Shown: positions 1 through 9,367 of the stretch, piece after piece
Position numbering within the stretch: position 1 is the first letter of the stretch
Layout: every line of letters starts with the position of its first letter
Assembly (NCBI GenBank): GCA_964202905.1
Contig: CAXNJO010000018.1
Span: 1-46,311, forward strand
Source: Polyangiales bacterium
GTDB taxonomy: Bacteria; Myxococcota_A; Polyangia; Polyangiales; JADJQN01
Direction of reading: 5' to 3'
DNA length: 46,311 bases
Made by a program: the position numbers and the translations under genes
Notes under the pieces: model-generated
The model's input: the letters and a program-made list of their open reading frames with translations, nothing else
Databases searched by the model: none
Told to the model about the DNA's origin: nothing

Positions 1-4
1 CTAA

Positions 5-175
5 CGTCCCGCAGCCCCGCCCGTCCGCGTCTGCCTCATCGACATGAACGCGGGGGTGAAAAACGAGGCGATCCGCTGCCTCCACGCGACCCTCGCGACC
101 TTCGAGCGCCAGCTCCGCTACGCGAATCCCGGCATCGCCATCGATCTCACCGTCGTCTCCCCGCGCGACAAGAGC
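5..175 (+). pseudogene. Possible 5' fragment of a type-1 glutamine amidotransferase-like protein
   Basis: In-frame VRVCLIDMNAGVKNEAIRCL...VVSPRDK resembles, from memory, the N-terminus of myxobacterial GATase-like proteins. There is an in-frame TAA at 2-4 and the similarity ends near 175. Confidence 0.3.
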
Positions 176-486
176 GCCGCCGAGAGCGCCGCCCGACGCC
201 GAGCCGCGAGCGTCCGCGCACGGGCAGCTGCGGCTCGTGTTCGGTTGAGCGGAGAGCACGGTGAGCCGAGCGGCTGCGCACAGCGCGGTCAGGGAGACGT
301 GCGTTCGCTGCGCGAACATGCGCTGAAAGTGGGCGCTCGAGGCACGTCGACGCGCCTCCGGCAGAGCAGCATTGACGTCGAGATTGTGCTCCGCGGCGCG
401 CTCGCGTAGCGTTCGGAGAAGATGCAGCGTCACGGAGCACGACCGAAGGGGCGATCGGATGAGCTATACGCCTGCGGGGCGAGTTC

Positions 487-678
487 ATGGAGACCTTCGG
501 CAACGGATTCTCCGTCGTCGGCGATCTCGACGCCGATGGGCGGGCCGAGCTCGCCACGTACTGGCCCGCGAGTCAGGTGAACGTCTACGTCGGGACGAGT
601 TCCGGCGTTGGTGGTCCCGCCATCGTCCTGGAGGCGATGAGCCCACTGGAGTGGGGCTCGCTCGCCGTCGCGGAATGA
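487..678 (+). pseudogene. Isolated FG-GAP/integrin-like repeat fragment
   Basis: FGNGFSVVGDLDADGRAELA...VNVYVG is FG-GAP-like with a DxDxDG Ca-binding motif. An in-frame TGA at 460-462 leaves only one repeat. Confidence 0.5.
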
Positions 679-877
679 GACGGGTCAGAGGATCCCCTCG
701 TACGCGCGCGGATCGATCTCGAGATCGCAGACCGCGCTGATCTCACGCTGTGAACCCACGCAGCCCTCGCGCGCTGACCGCAAGAGCACCTCGCAGGCCC
801 TCGACTCGGGGGACGGTGATCGAGCTGTAAGTGACCTGCGTTCTCGATTCCCCCATCCTCGTGCTCGGAGACCGACG

Positions 878-2335
878 ATGCGACCCACGACCACGGAACC
901 AACGAGCGCGAGGCTGCGCGAGCGCCGCATCGCTACCCTCATCACCGCCTCGTTTCTCGCGCTCGGCTGCGACCCCGCAGGCGGTCCCGTCGATGCCGGT
1001 CCGCGCGACGCGCCCCCGGCGGAGCCGGACGCCGGCCCGGCTTCGTCGTGCACGACGATCGAGCGCCACGGCGTGACCTTCGAGCTCGACGGCCCGCACC
1101 CGTGCGGTCGCTTCGTGAGCGGCGACTGGTGGGTGCTCCCGGCGAGCGGCGCGAGTGCGGTCGCGGTGCGCGCGGTCTCGCCCGAGCCCACGGCGACTCG
1201 GAGCGGCGCAGAGGTCGACCCCGAGCCCGGCTCCGCGCACGCGTTCGACGATCGCGCCAACGGCTTCGACGCATCACGCGCGGCCCGCTTCCCGCTCGCG
1301 CTCGAGACGGGTCGCTCGCTCGTCGCCACCGCGAGCAGCCCCGAGGAGACCGAGTGCACCGACGGTGGCGGCTTCGCGGGCTGGATGGACCCCGACGGTG
1401 AGTGCAATCGCTCGGGCTACGTGCGCAGTGCGGCCGTACTGACGGCGCTCGCGGAGGCTCCGCCCTTCGACGCGTTCCGACCGAGCCATACCCCCGGCGA
1501 CGAGCCCCTGCGGCGCCTGTCGCAGATCGACCGCGCTCTGCTCGGGACGCACGCCATTCCGTCGGACGTGTCCGTGCCCGAGCTCGCGCCGATCATCGCC
1601 CGGCTCGAGATCGCACGCCTCGACCACAAGCAGGGCTGGACCGCGCAGCAGATCCAGCCGATGAACGCGATCACCGGCTACGGCGCCGACGTCACCGCTC
1701 GGCTGAGCCTCGTCGCGGTGCTCCTCCACTCGGATCTCCCGGCCGCCGAGAAGGAACCCCTGCTCATCGCGTACCTCCAGACCGGGATCGACCTCCACGG
1801 CATCTACAGGACGGGTGGCTCCTGGCCGGCCGACGGCGGTCACGGCTCGGGCCGCAAGCTCCCGATCCTCTTCGCGGGCGCGGTCTTCGGCGACGAGGAC
1901 ATGCTCTCCATCGGCGGCAACGGCGGTGCCTTCCAGGAGGACTGCCAGACCTACCACGACGAGACCGGGATGCCGCGCTGGGGCATCCGCCACTGCCAGG
2001 ACCCGATGCGTGCCGACTACAACGACGAGTCGAGCGGCTATCGCCTCTGCTGTAACTCCGAGGTGTGGGTCGGCCAGGCGCTCGTCGCGCGCTGGATGCG
2101 CCTCGAGCAGGCGTGGGGGCACCAGCCCTTCTTCGACTACGTCGATCGCTACGTCTCGAGCGAAGGGGGTGGCTTCCGCGGCAACCCCTTCATCACGGCC
2201 GTGTGGAATACGCACCGAGACGCGATCGACACGTGCACCAACGGAGTAGAGGACCGCTGCGAGCTCGGCTGCACGCTCGCAGATGGAATGATCGAGGGGG
2301 AGACCGGCGTGGACGAGGGCGGCGGCTGCCCCTGA
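878..2335 (+). CDS. Secreted lipoprotein of unknown function with a Cys-rich C-terminal motif
   Basis: 485 aa ORF with lipobox LALGC, myxobacterial DAGP linker, globular core (GRFVSGDWWV, DGGHGSGRKLPILFAG) and C-terminal TCTNG...ETGVDEGGGCP. Confidence 0.8.
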   Translation: MRPTTTEPTSARLRERRIATLITASFLALGCDPAGGPVDAGPRDAPPAEPDAGPASSCTTIERHGVTFELDGPHPCGRFVSGDWWVLPASGASAVAVRAVSPEPTATRSGAEVDPEPGSAHAFDDRANGFDASRAARFPLALETGRSLVATASSPEETECTDGGGFAGWMDPDGECNRSGYVRSAAVLTALAEAPPFDAFRPSHTPGDEPLRRLSQIDRALLGTHAIPSDVSVPELAPIIARLEIARLDHKQGWTAQQIQPMNAITGYGADVTARLSLVAVLLHSDLPAAEKEPLLIAYLQTGIDLHGIYRTGGSWPADGGHGSGRKLPILFAGAVFGDEDMLSIGGNGGAFQEDCQTYHDETGMPRWGIRHCQDPMRADYNDESSGYRLCCNSEVWVGQALVARWMRLEQAWGHQPFFDYVDRYVSSEGGGFRGNPFITAVWNTHRDAIDTCTNGVEDRCELGCTLADGMIEGETGVDEGGGCP

Positions 2336-2359
2336 CGGGGCTCGCCCGCCCTGCGCGCG

Positions 2360-2695
2360 CTACGGGCTGACGCAGGCCGAGTCGCTGGGGTTGGCAGCGC
2401 AGTACGTCACGCCACACGCGGTGACGGCCGCGATCTCGCCCGAGCACGCCGTCGACGAGCTGCACACGTTGCGCTCGATGCACGAGATGAGCGTGTCCTG
2501 CTGCGCGCTGCAGCCTGTTCGGCTCGCCAGCGCTCGACCGTTCTCGCACTGGGTGACGCACCCTGCGGCAAGGCAGCCCGCAGCGCCCTGCTGATCACAG
2601 ATCGACTGGCAGGTGGCGGGACCGGTGGCGCAGCCGGCGACGAGCGAGAGCAGAGAGCAGCCAGCGGCGAGGAGAAGGCGAGTCAGCATGTTCAT
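2360..2695 (-). CDS. Small Cys-rich lipoprotein
   Basis: MNMLTRLLLAAGCSLLSLVAGC signal and lipobox, followed by repeated CxxxC motifs. Confidence 0.75.
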   Translation of the reverse strand: MNMLTRLLLAAGCSLLSLVAGCATGPATCQSICDQQGAAGCLAAGCVTQCENGRALASRTGCSAQQDTLISCIERNVCSSSTACSGEIAAVTACGVTYCAANPSDSACVSP

Positions 2696-2768
2696 CGGCG
2701 GAGGGTCAGCGCTTCGGGCCCCCTTGACCATCGCGGAACCTCCGCGCGACGATCTCGTCGCGAGGCGC

Positions 2769-3083
2769 TCAGCCAAGTCGGGCGCGGAGCCCGTCCATCG
2801 CCTTTCGCGCCGTCCGCGCGAAGAGCCGACGCATCACGGGGGTCGTGAGCCGAAGCAGCCCCTCGAGCTCGAGATCGGCCGACGAGTGGACCTCTGCACC
2901 CGGGCCCTTGGGGCTGACGGAGATGCGATCCACGGCGCGTACGCCGCTCGAGACGCCGCGGAACTCGGCCTTCAGCGCAGTCTCGTCGTATTCGACGAGC
3001 TCGTAGGTCATGGGGACCTCGCGCCCTCCGAAGCGCGCGACGACGTCAAAGCGTGCGCCGCGAGCCAGCGGCCCGGCGTCCAA
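2769..3083 (-). pseudogene. 5'-truncated SRPBCC/polyketide-cyclase family protein
   Basis: GARFDVVARFGGREVPMTYELVEYD...RAVDRISV...ADLELEG is SRPBCC-like. The N-terminus is missing where an IS fragment begins at 3086. Confidence 0.6.
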
Positions 3084-3085
3084 CC

Positions 3086-3220
3086 GAGAAGGGACTCCGA
3101 GTCAGCGATGACGAACGGAACGCGGTGCAGATCGAGCGTTGGGACTGCCATGGGGAGTGGAATTACACAGTGTTCTCAAGCGCAGCATGAGACGCATCGT
3201 CAGGTTTCCGGCGGTCCCCC
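3086..3220 (+). mobile_element. ISAzo13-family transposase 3' remnant
   Basis: 3086-3190 translates EKGLRVSDDERNAVQIERWDCHGEWNYTVFSSAA*, matching the ISAzo13 C-terminal G.KVSD.E......HGEWNY motif. It is locally lower in GC, with a possible terminal IR at about 3199-3220. Confidence 0.7.
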
Positions 3221-3363
3221 TCCGTGTCACGGTGGATGAGACACCGCCCACCCATGCTCCGCCGCCCCCTCGCCGCCCCGCTCCTGTTTCTCGTCGCGTG
3301 CACCGGCCCGACCAACGCCGACGCCCCCTCGACAGGCCTCTGGACGCGGTGTGAGCGTCTGCT

Positions 3364-3816
3364 TCAGTCGGCCGGCGGAGCACCGCGCGTGAAGAGGCGT
3401 ACGTCCCACTCCTCGGTGTCGACGGCGAGCACGACGCCGGAGGCTTCGTCGACCAGGATGAAGGACGGCTCGTCGAAGGCGGCGGCGAGGCTGCGCAGCG
3501 CATCCACCGGGCGGTCGACCTGGAGCGCGTAGGGTCGCGCGGCGTCGAGGCCCGAGACCGAGAGCCACCACCGCGCCCCCGGGTCGTCGAGCCCGCTGAG
3601 CGCGTGGGCTTGTTTGACCAACGCATCCCCGAGGGTCGCGGGGTCCGGCCTACCCGGGAGGATCAGCGACGGCGGCGTGGCGTGGCGCGCCACCCAGGAC
3701 CAGAGCGCCGGGAGGTCCTCGGCGCACGGCTCCGTCGGCGACGACTCCAAAGCCAAGGCGCCGCCCGCAAACAGGCCCGGCGGCAACGACGGTCGGCTCA
3801 CTCGCCGCCTTCGCAA
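3364..3816 (-). CDS. Hypothetical protein
   Basis: 150 aa ORF with globular composition (FILVDEASGVVLAVDTEEWDVRLF). Start uncertain. Confidence 0.55.
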   Translation of the reverse strand: MRRRRVSRPSLPPGLFAGGALALESSPTEPCAEDLPALWSWVARHATPPSLILPGRPDPATLGDALVKQAHALSGLDDPGARWWLSVSGLDAARPYALQVDRPVDALRSLAAAFDEPSFILVDEASGVVLAVDTEEWDVRLFTRGAPPAD

Positions 3817-3830
3817 GAACGGCCTGTTGG

Positions 3831-4272
3831 CAAGCCCACTTCAAGGGCGTACACCCTTCCCGGCCCTCTGCGCAAGCACCGGGAGTTCCCGAAGACCGCC
3901 TCGCCCGACCGCGATCCGGGCGTTTCCGCCGTCGCAGGCGTGTCTGGGCCCTCCGGCCCCGCGCGCACGCATGCGCTACGCCCCCCGGACCTCGACGCCT
4001 ACGTCGCGAGCCATTCGCGGCGTCGGCCCTGTCGCGCGTAACAACCCGCTCATCAGCTGCGTGGTAGCAGGTTCGCGGATCACGATCGTCCGCAGCGTCA
4101 TCGGCTTGTTGCGGTGCGGACACGCCCAGCCATCCACCTCAAACACCCGCTCGAGCAGTTCAGCCCAACAGCGCCGGTCCTCCGCCCGGGCGCTCACCTC
4201 CCGCCTGTCCTCGGCCTTCACCAACTTCAACGCGGCGCGCGTTTCGCGCCCGGCCTCGGTGGACGTCGGCAC
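3831..4272 (-). mobile_element. IS91-family (rolling-circle) transposase 3' remnant, copy 1
   Basis: WAELLERVFEVDGWACPHRNKPMTLRTIV matches the C-terminal Zn-ribbon tail of IS91-type transposases. The non-coding tail ends near 3831 in CGCCCTTGAAGTGG, a degenerate oriIS-like end. Confidence 0.65.
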
Positions 4273-4295
4273 CGCCGGAACTGTTCCCGGTAGGG

Positions 4296-4453
4296 GGCTT
4301 CGCGTGCCCCGGCTGCGGCGGCCCGCTCACGCTCCGCTGCATCGTCGTGAACCCGCCGGCCACGCGACGCATCCCCGATGGGACGGGCGGAGGGGTTGAC
4401 GGAGGGGAGGGTCAGGTGCGTGGATTGGGCGAAGCGGGGTTCGTTTTTCCTAT
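4296..4453 (+). mobile_element. IS91-family transposase 3' remnant, copy 2, with oriIS-like end
   Basis: Translates GFACPGCGGPLTLRCIVVNPPATRRI, homologous to copy 1, and ends in GGGGTTCGTTTTTCCTAT, resembling the IS91/ISCR oriIS terminus (...TTCCTAT). Confidence 0.6.
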
Positions 4454-4484
4454 GGGCCCGTCCGGAAACAACGTTTGCATTCGG

Positions 4485-4745
4485 CCGACGCCCCTTTCGG
4501 ACGGGCTTGAATTCCCGCAGGACCTCGAGAAAGCGCTCGATGCCCGCCTCGTCGAAGGGGCCGGACTGCACCGGCGCCACCACGGCGTCCGCCGCGCGCA
4601 CCACGACCTCGAGCGCCTTGCGCCTCATGCCCGCGGGCACGTCGATGACCGTGCGGCCCGGGCCGATCGGCACCACCATCTCGTCGGCGTCGAGGGTAAC
4701 CGCCTCGACGCGCGCCAACCCCGATGGTGAACCTCGTCTGCGCGC
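4485..4745 (-). pseudogene. Internal fragment of a ParA-family ATPase
   Basis: TVIDVPAGMRRKALEVVVRAADAVVAPVQSGPFD matches the ParA Walker-B and following strand. No Walker A or start codon. Confidence 0.65.
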
Positions 4746-5107
4746 TTCTTCGTCGAGGGCGAGGTCGCGCGCGAGCGGCTCGGCCACGCGCACGAGGCGA
4801 TCGCTGGGCCCTCCCGGCACGCTGCCGGAGAGCAAGCTGCGCGAGGCGGAGGCCGCCTGAAAAACAGGGCGGGTCGCGGGCGCCTCGGCCGGCGCGAGAG
4901 GGCCGAGGCGCACAGCACGCGCGCCGCGAGCTCGATGGCGAGCGGCAGCGCGCAGGCGGCGAAGAGCAGGATGCCGAGGCGCAGCTGCTCGTTGCCTGCA
5001 GGGGGCGGTCGGTTCGACGGGACGCGCAGCGGGCACGACGCCCGCTGCCCACCATGTCCTGATTTGGGGACGCTGCCCGTCGTGCGTACGGCGCGATTCG
5101 CGCGGGT

Positions 5108-7195
5108 TCAGCGGCGGATCGTGTAGTCGTTCGCGGCGCCGGCGTAGCCGAGCACGCGCACGTAGAAGGTGCCGCTCGCCTGCACGCGTTCTTCGTCGCC
5201 GGTGCCGTTGCTCTCGGCGATCACGCTGCCGTCGGCGCGGAGCGCCTGGAGATCGAGGTCGCCCGCGGCGTGGCGGAAGGCGAGCACGACGGTCGCCGTG
5301 CTCGTGCCCGCGTCGACGCGGTAGAGGTCCACGTCGCCCGTGCAGAGGCGCGCGCTCGTCGTGCCGGCCGCGAGCGGCGTCGCCCGCGCGATCGTGTCGT
5401 TGCCGCCCGCCGGGTCGCAGGAGGGCGCCATCGGCGCGCCGCAGGAGGGCGCGCCGGGGCCGCGACCCGTCGCGCGATCGCCCTGCACGGCCGTGCCGGA
5501 GCACGTCTCGTCCTCGCTCCACGCGCGCCACTCGGCGCCGCGCCCGAGGCTCTCGGCGAAGCGGCGCCAGCGGCCATAGCCATCGCCGCCGGCTGCGAGA
5601 TCGGCCTGCTCCGCGCGGAAGATCGTGGGCTCCACGCACGTGCCCGCGGCCGCGGCGTCGGCCTGCTCGCGCTCGGCGTACTGCGACACGATGGACTGCA
5701 TCGCGGCGGTCGAGCCGTTCCAGCAGCAGGTGCGCGCCTCGGCGTAGGTGAGCTCGGCGAAGACACGGTCGGAGAGGGTGCGGTAGCGCGCGTCGACGGC
5801 GGCGCGGTCGTCGCCGAAGAACTCGTCCATCACCGCGTAGAGATCGGTGAACGCGTCCTCGCGGCGGGTGCGGGCGGCGCAGCTCGCGGGGTACATCGCG
5901 AGGTGGCTGCGTGCCGCGGTGATGCGCGCGATCGCGGCGTCTCGACGGCCCTCCGGGCTTGCCTGCGCGAGCAGCGTTCCGAACTGTGCGACGCGCGCCG
6001 CGATCGCGGCGAGGTCCATGTCGTCGATGAAGTTCGTACGATCCGCGCTGCGCAGGATGTTGCGCCAGCGGCCGGCGGAGAGCGTCGCCGTGCGCCAGCG
6101 GCGCAGGCCGCCGCCGAGCTTCGCGTACGCGTCGCCGTCGACGTTCGCCCCCGCGCCGCCCGCGTCCTCCGTGAGGAACTCGCTGCGTGCGCCCGCGCCC
6201 GACGCCCAGAGCGGCTGGCGGCGGGGCATCGAGCCCGAGGCCACGGCGACCTCGAAGTGCGTCGCGTCGACCTCGGTGCGGCGCAGGATCGGGAGGACGT
6301 GGCCGATGCCGCGGCGCTGCCAGCGGTGCAGCAGCAGATCGCCCGCGCGCAGCGACTCGGGGCGCGCGTGATAGAGGTTCGCGCCGTCTGCGAGGTTCAC
6401 GCTGCCGAAGTAGAGGAGCAGCAGCCGCATGAAGTAGCCGACGCGCTTGTTGAGGAAGATCTGATCGAAGTACGCGCCCGCGCCGCGTGTCGTGCCGTCG
6501 GTCGAGAGGAAGGCGACCGTGTCGTCGTTGCCGAGGCGCAGCCCGCGCAGGCGCGCGTCGCTCGGCCAGGGCTGCCCGTCGCGCCAGGTCGCGCTGTGGT
6601 CGGTGTACGCGGTGCGGAAGAGCGGGAAGTTGCGGACACGCTCGCCGCTGCGGTTCACGAAGCCGAAGTGGCCCGCGTAGAGCGCCTGGCGGCTCGTCGC
6701 GTCCCAGCCCGTGATGAAGAAGGGCAGGCCGTGCATCGACGCGAACGTCGCGCGGAGGAACATCCCGAACTCCGCGCACTCGAGCGTCGGCGCGTCGAAG
6801 GTGCGCATCCCCTGTGGCGTGCGCAGGCGGACGGTCTGCCCGAAGCTCGCGCGCGGGATCACCTCGAGCGAGCCGACCCAGCGCTCGTACTTCTGCTCCC
6901 AGTCGAGGCCGCTGTTGGTGCCCCACGCGACGCCCGCGAGCCGCCCCTCGGTCGTGTCGCGCTCCGTCCACGCGTTGCGCACCGACCACACCTCGGTGGC
7001 CGCGCCCGCGGTGACGGTGGGGCCGAGCTCCTCGACGCCGTCGGCCTTGCCCTCGTCCGGCACCGCGTCGAGCGGCGCGTCGAGGCCCGTCTCTTCGGCG
7101 GCCTCGTCGAGCGCGTTCGGGGCGCCCGTCGCGCAGGCGGGCAGGAGCAGGGCGGGGAGGGCGAGCAGCAGCGGCAGCAGGCGGCGGGTCGTCAT
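5108..7195 (-). CDS. Secreted lipoprotein with a possible papain/NlpC-like core and a C-terminal PPC domain
   Basis: Lipobox LLPAC, GKADG motif, TLECAE...GDLLL...GIGHV, and C-terminal GDVDLY...GDLDL...GTFYVRVLGY (PPC). Confidence 0.8.
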   Translation of the reverse strand: MTTRRLLPLLLALPALLLPACATGAPNALDEAAEETGLDAPLDAVPDEGKADGVEELGPTVTAGAATEVWSVRNAWTERDTTEGRLAGVAWGTNSGLDWEQKYERWVGSLEVIPRASFGQTVRLRTPQGMRTFDAPTLECAEFGMFLRATFASMHGLPFFITGWDATSRQALYAGHFGFVNRSGERVRNFPLFRTAYTDHSATWRDGQPWPSDARLRGLRLGNDDTVAFLSTDGTTRGAGAYFDQIFLNKRVGYFMRLLLLYFGSVNLADGANLYHARPESLRAGDLLLHRWQRRGIGHVLPILRRTEVDATHFEVAVASGSMPRRQPLWASGAGARSEFLTEDAGGAGANVDGDAYAKLGGGLRRWRTATLSAGRWRNILRSADRTNFIDDMDLAAIAARVAQFGTLLAQASPEGRRDAAIARITAARSHLAMYPASCAARTRREDAFTDLYAVMDEFFGDDRAAVDARYRTLSDRVFAELTYAEARTCCWNGSTAAMQSIVSQYAEREQADAAAAGTCVEPTIFRAEQADLAAGGDGYGRWRRFAESLGRGAEWRAWSEDETCSGTAVQGDRATGRGPGAPSCGAPMAPSCDPAGGNDTIARATPLAAGTTSARLCTGDVDLYRVDAGTSTATVVLAFRHAAGDLDLQALRADGSVIAESNGTGDEERVQASGTFYVRVLGYAGAANDYTIRR

Positions 7196-7378
7196 GCCGT
7201 GCTGGAGAAGCGAGCCCCGTGCCATGTAGGTGAGGTTACGTAATCATGAAGGATTTCGATGTTTTGGTAGGCCGTGGCGACCGTGGGAGCCTCCCCTCCG
7301 GGGCGGGACTGGCTACGCGGGCAGCCGGTTCGCGTCGGTCGCACACCTTGCCCGCGTGATGGTGTACGAAAGGCGTCG

Positions 7379-8779
7379 ATGACCGCGCCGTCGCTCGGGG
7401 CCGAAGGGGTGCTTCCGCTGATCTCCGCGGTGTGCCTCGTGCTGCTCGGTGTCTACGCGCTCGTCGCGTGGCGGCGCTTCGGCGCGCCGTCGCTGCTGTG
7501 GTTCAGCGCGGGGGCGTTCGCCGGCGCGATCTTCGGCGCGTCGAGCATGTCGATGGGGCTCGACGTCTCGGCGCGCACCGAAGAGCTCTGCTCGCGCGTG
7601 TCGATGTGCGCGGGCGGGCTGCATGGAGCGTTCTGGATCCGCTTCCTCGCGAGCCAGGGCGGATCGCCGCCCACGCGCCTCGACCGCGGGCTCTCGTGGC
7701 TGTGCGCCGCCGCAGCCGCGCTCGCGCTCGTCCCGGGCCTGGTGGTGTCGCCGGTCGTCTTCGCGCGTCCCGCGTGGTTCGGGATGGTCTACCGCGACAG
7801 CGTGCCCACGCCGGTGGGCGTGGGCCTCAGCGGGGTCTACTCGATCGGCCTGCTTTACCTCGCGTGGCGCACGTACCAGCTCTGGCGGAAGGACGTGCCC
7901 GGTGCCTTCAGCCAGCTCGTCGCGAGCGCGCTCCTGACCGCGACCGCCGTGAGCGACAGCCTCGCTTTCAGCGGCCTCACGCGCATGCCCTACCTCAACG
8001 ACGTGGGGCTGCTCGCGCTCGGGCTCGGCGTCGGCGCCTCGTTCGTGGACCTGCACGCGCGGAGCCTGCGCGCGCTCGGCGAGGTGCGTCACGACCTCGA
8101 GGTGGCCCGCGATGCGCTCGTGCGTCGCGAACGGCTCGCGGCGCTCGGCGAGCTCTCCGCGGTGGTCGCGCACGAGGTGCGCAACCCGGTCGCGGTCATC
8201 TTCAATGCGGTGCCGATGCTGCGGCGCAGTCTGCCCGTGGACGCCTCGCAGGCCCACGAACTCGTCGGCATCGTGAGCGAGGAGGCCGCGCGGATCCGCC
8301 GGATCGTCGATGATTTGCTCGATTTCGTGCGTCCGCTCGAGTTGCGCCGCGACGTCGTCGAGGTGCCGGTGCTCCTCGGCGACGTGCTCGCCGCGCAGGA
8401 GGAGTCCACGCGCCGTGGCATCGCCGTCGAGATCGCGTCCGGCGCCGAGAGGCTCGAGGCCGACGCGCACCTGCTGCGCCTCGCCCTCGCGAACCTCGTG
8501 CGCAACGCCGCGCAGTCCGGCTCGCCGCCGGACGGGGTGCGCGTGCGCTGCCGCCCGGACGGTCCGCGCGTGCGGCTCACCGTCGTCGACCGCGGCCAGG
8601 GCGTGCGCGACGAGGACGTCCCGCGTCTCTTCACGCCGTTTTTCACGACGCGGCCGACGGGGACGGGGCTCGGGCTCGCCTTCGTGAAGCGCGTCGCCGA
8701 GGCGCACGGCGGGAGCGTGTCCTACGCGCCGACCCCGGGCGGCGGCGCGACCTTCACGGTGCTCCTGCCGCGCGGGTGA
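7379..8779 (+). CDS. Membrane-bound sensor histidine kinase
   Basis: About 7 TM segments, H-box AHEVRNP, N-box NLVRNAAQ, DRGQG, LFTPFFTT and GTGLGL. Confidence 0.92.
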   Translation: MTAPSLGAEGVLPLISAVCLVLLGVYALVAWRRFGAPSLLWFSAGAFAGAIFGASSMSMGLDVSARTEELCSRVSMCAGGLHGAFWIRFLASQGGSPPTRLDRGLSWLCAAAAALALVPGLVVSPVVFARPAWFGMVYRDSVPTPVGVGLSGVYSIGLLYLAWRTYQLWRKDVPGAFSQLVASALLTATAVSDSLAFSGLTRMPYLNDVGLLALGLGVGASFVDLHARSLRALGEVRHDLEVARDALVRRERLAALGELSAVVAHEVRNPVAVIFNAVPMLRRSLPVDASQAHELVGIVSEEAARIRRIVDDLLDFVRPLELRRDVVEVPVLLGDVLAAQEESTRRGIAVEIASGAERLEADAHLLRLALANLVRNAAQSGSPPDGVRVRCRPDGPRVRLTVVDRGQGVRDEDVPRLFTPFFTTRPTGTGLGLAFVKRVAEAHGGSVSYAPTPGGGATFTVLLPRG

Positions 8780-8794
8780 CGGCCCCGGCGCGCG

Positions 8795-9298
8795 TCACGC
8801 GGGCCGCGCGCGACCTGAGGCGGTGTGGCGCAGGCGCACGCCGCTCGCGGCCAGCAGCACGCCGAGGAGCGCGCCCCAGGCGGCGAGGCCGTATCCGACG
8901 TGCGCGATCGGCTCGCGCGCAGTGACCGCGCCGCAGCGCAGCGTCGGCGACCAAGCGCGGCGGGCGTAGCTGTCGCCGAGTCCACAGCGTGTCCAGAGCG
9001 CGCGGGGCACCGAGACGTCGATGGTCGAGCCGTCCGACTCGCGTACGCGCAGCAGCGTCGCGCGCCCGGCCTTGATGGGCACGTCGAGTCGCGCGGTGAC
9101 CTGACCGCGGACGTCGCGGTGAAGCGCGGAGGAGAGCACGAAGCCCGTCGCGACCGCGCCGGCGATCGCGGTGATCGCGACGAGCGGCGCGAGCGGACGC
9201 AGGGCCCGCTGCCGCGCGGGTGTGCGGTCCGCGATCCACGCGAAGCCGCTCGCGTGCGCGAGGAAGACCAGCAGCGGCCCGATGAGCGTCGAGAGCAT
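8795..9298 (-). CDS. Hypothetical membrane protein
   Basis: From ATG 9298 (MLSTLIGPLLVFLA...) there are three hydrophobic segments. It is the C-terminal part of the 8795..10369 ORF. Confidence 0.6.
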   Translation of the reverse strand: MLSTLIGPLLVFLAHASGFAWIADRTPARQRALRPLAPLVAITAIAGAVATGFVLSSALHRDVRGQVTARLDVPIKAGRATLLRVRESDGSTIDVSVPRALWTRCGLGDSYARRAWSPTLRCGAVTAREPIAHVGYGLAAWGALLGVLLAASGVRLRHTASGRARPA

Positions 9299-9367
9299 CC
9301 CCGGCGCTGGATCCTCGCACGCCGCTGCGCCTCTGCGAACTTCGTCGTGTGCGCGGCGTGACGCGCG

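Noticed and set aside
250..430. AraC-type HTH fragment on the minus strand (AHFQRMFAQRTHVSL)
   Set aside because: A single weak motif with no start codon or second HTH.
4750..4860. PemK/MazF toxin C-terminal remnant (LGPPGTLPESKLREAEAA*)
   Set aside because: The similarity is too short and there is no recognisable N-terminal motif.
4227..6989. 920-aa ORF and other long Arg/Ala-rich ORFs (e.g. 14931-17054, 31943-34516, 34960-36840)
   Set aside because: Shadow frames typical of very GC-rich DNA that overlap better-supported genes. Only the short parA piece in 4227-6989 looks real.
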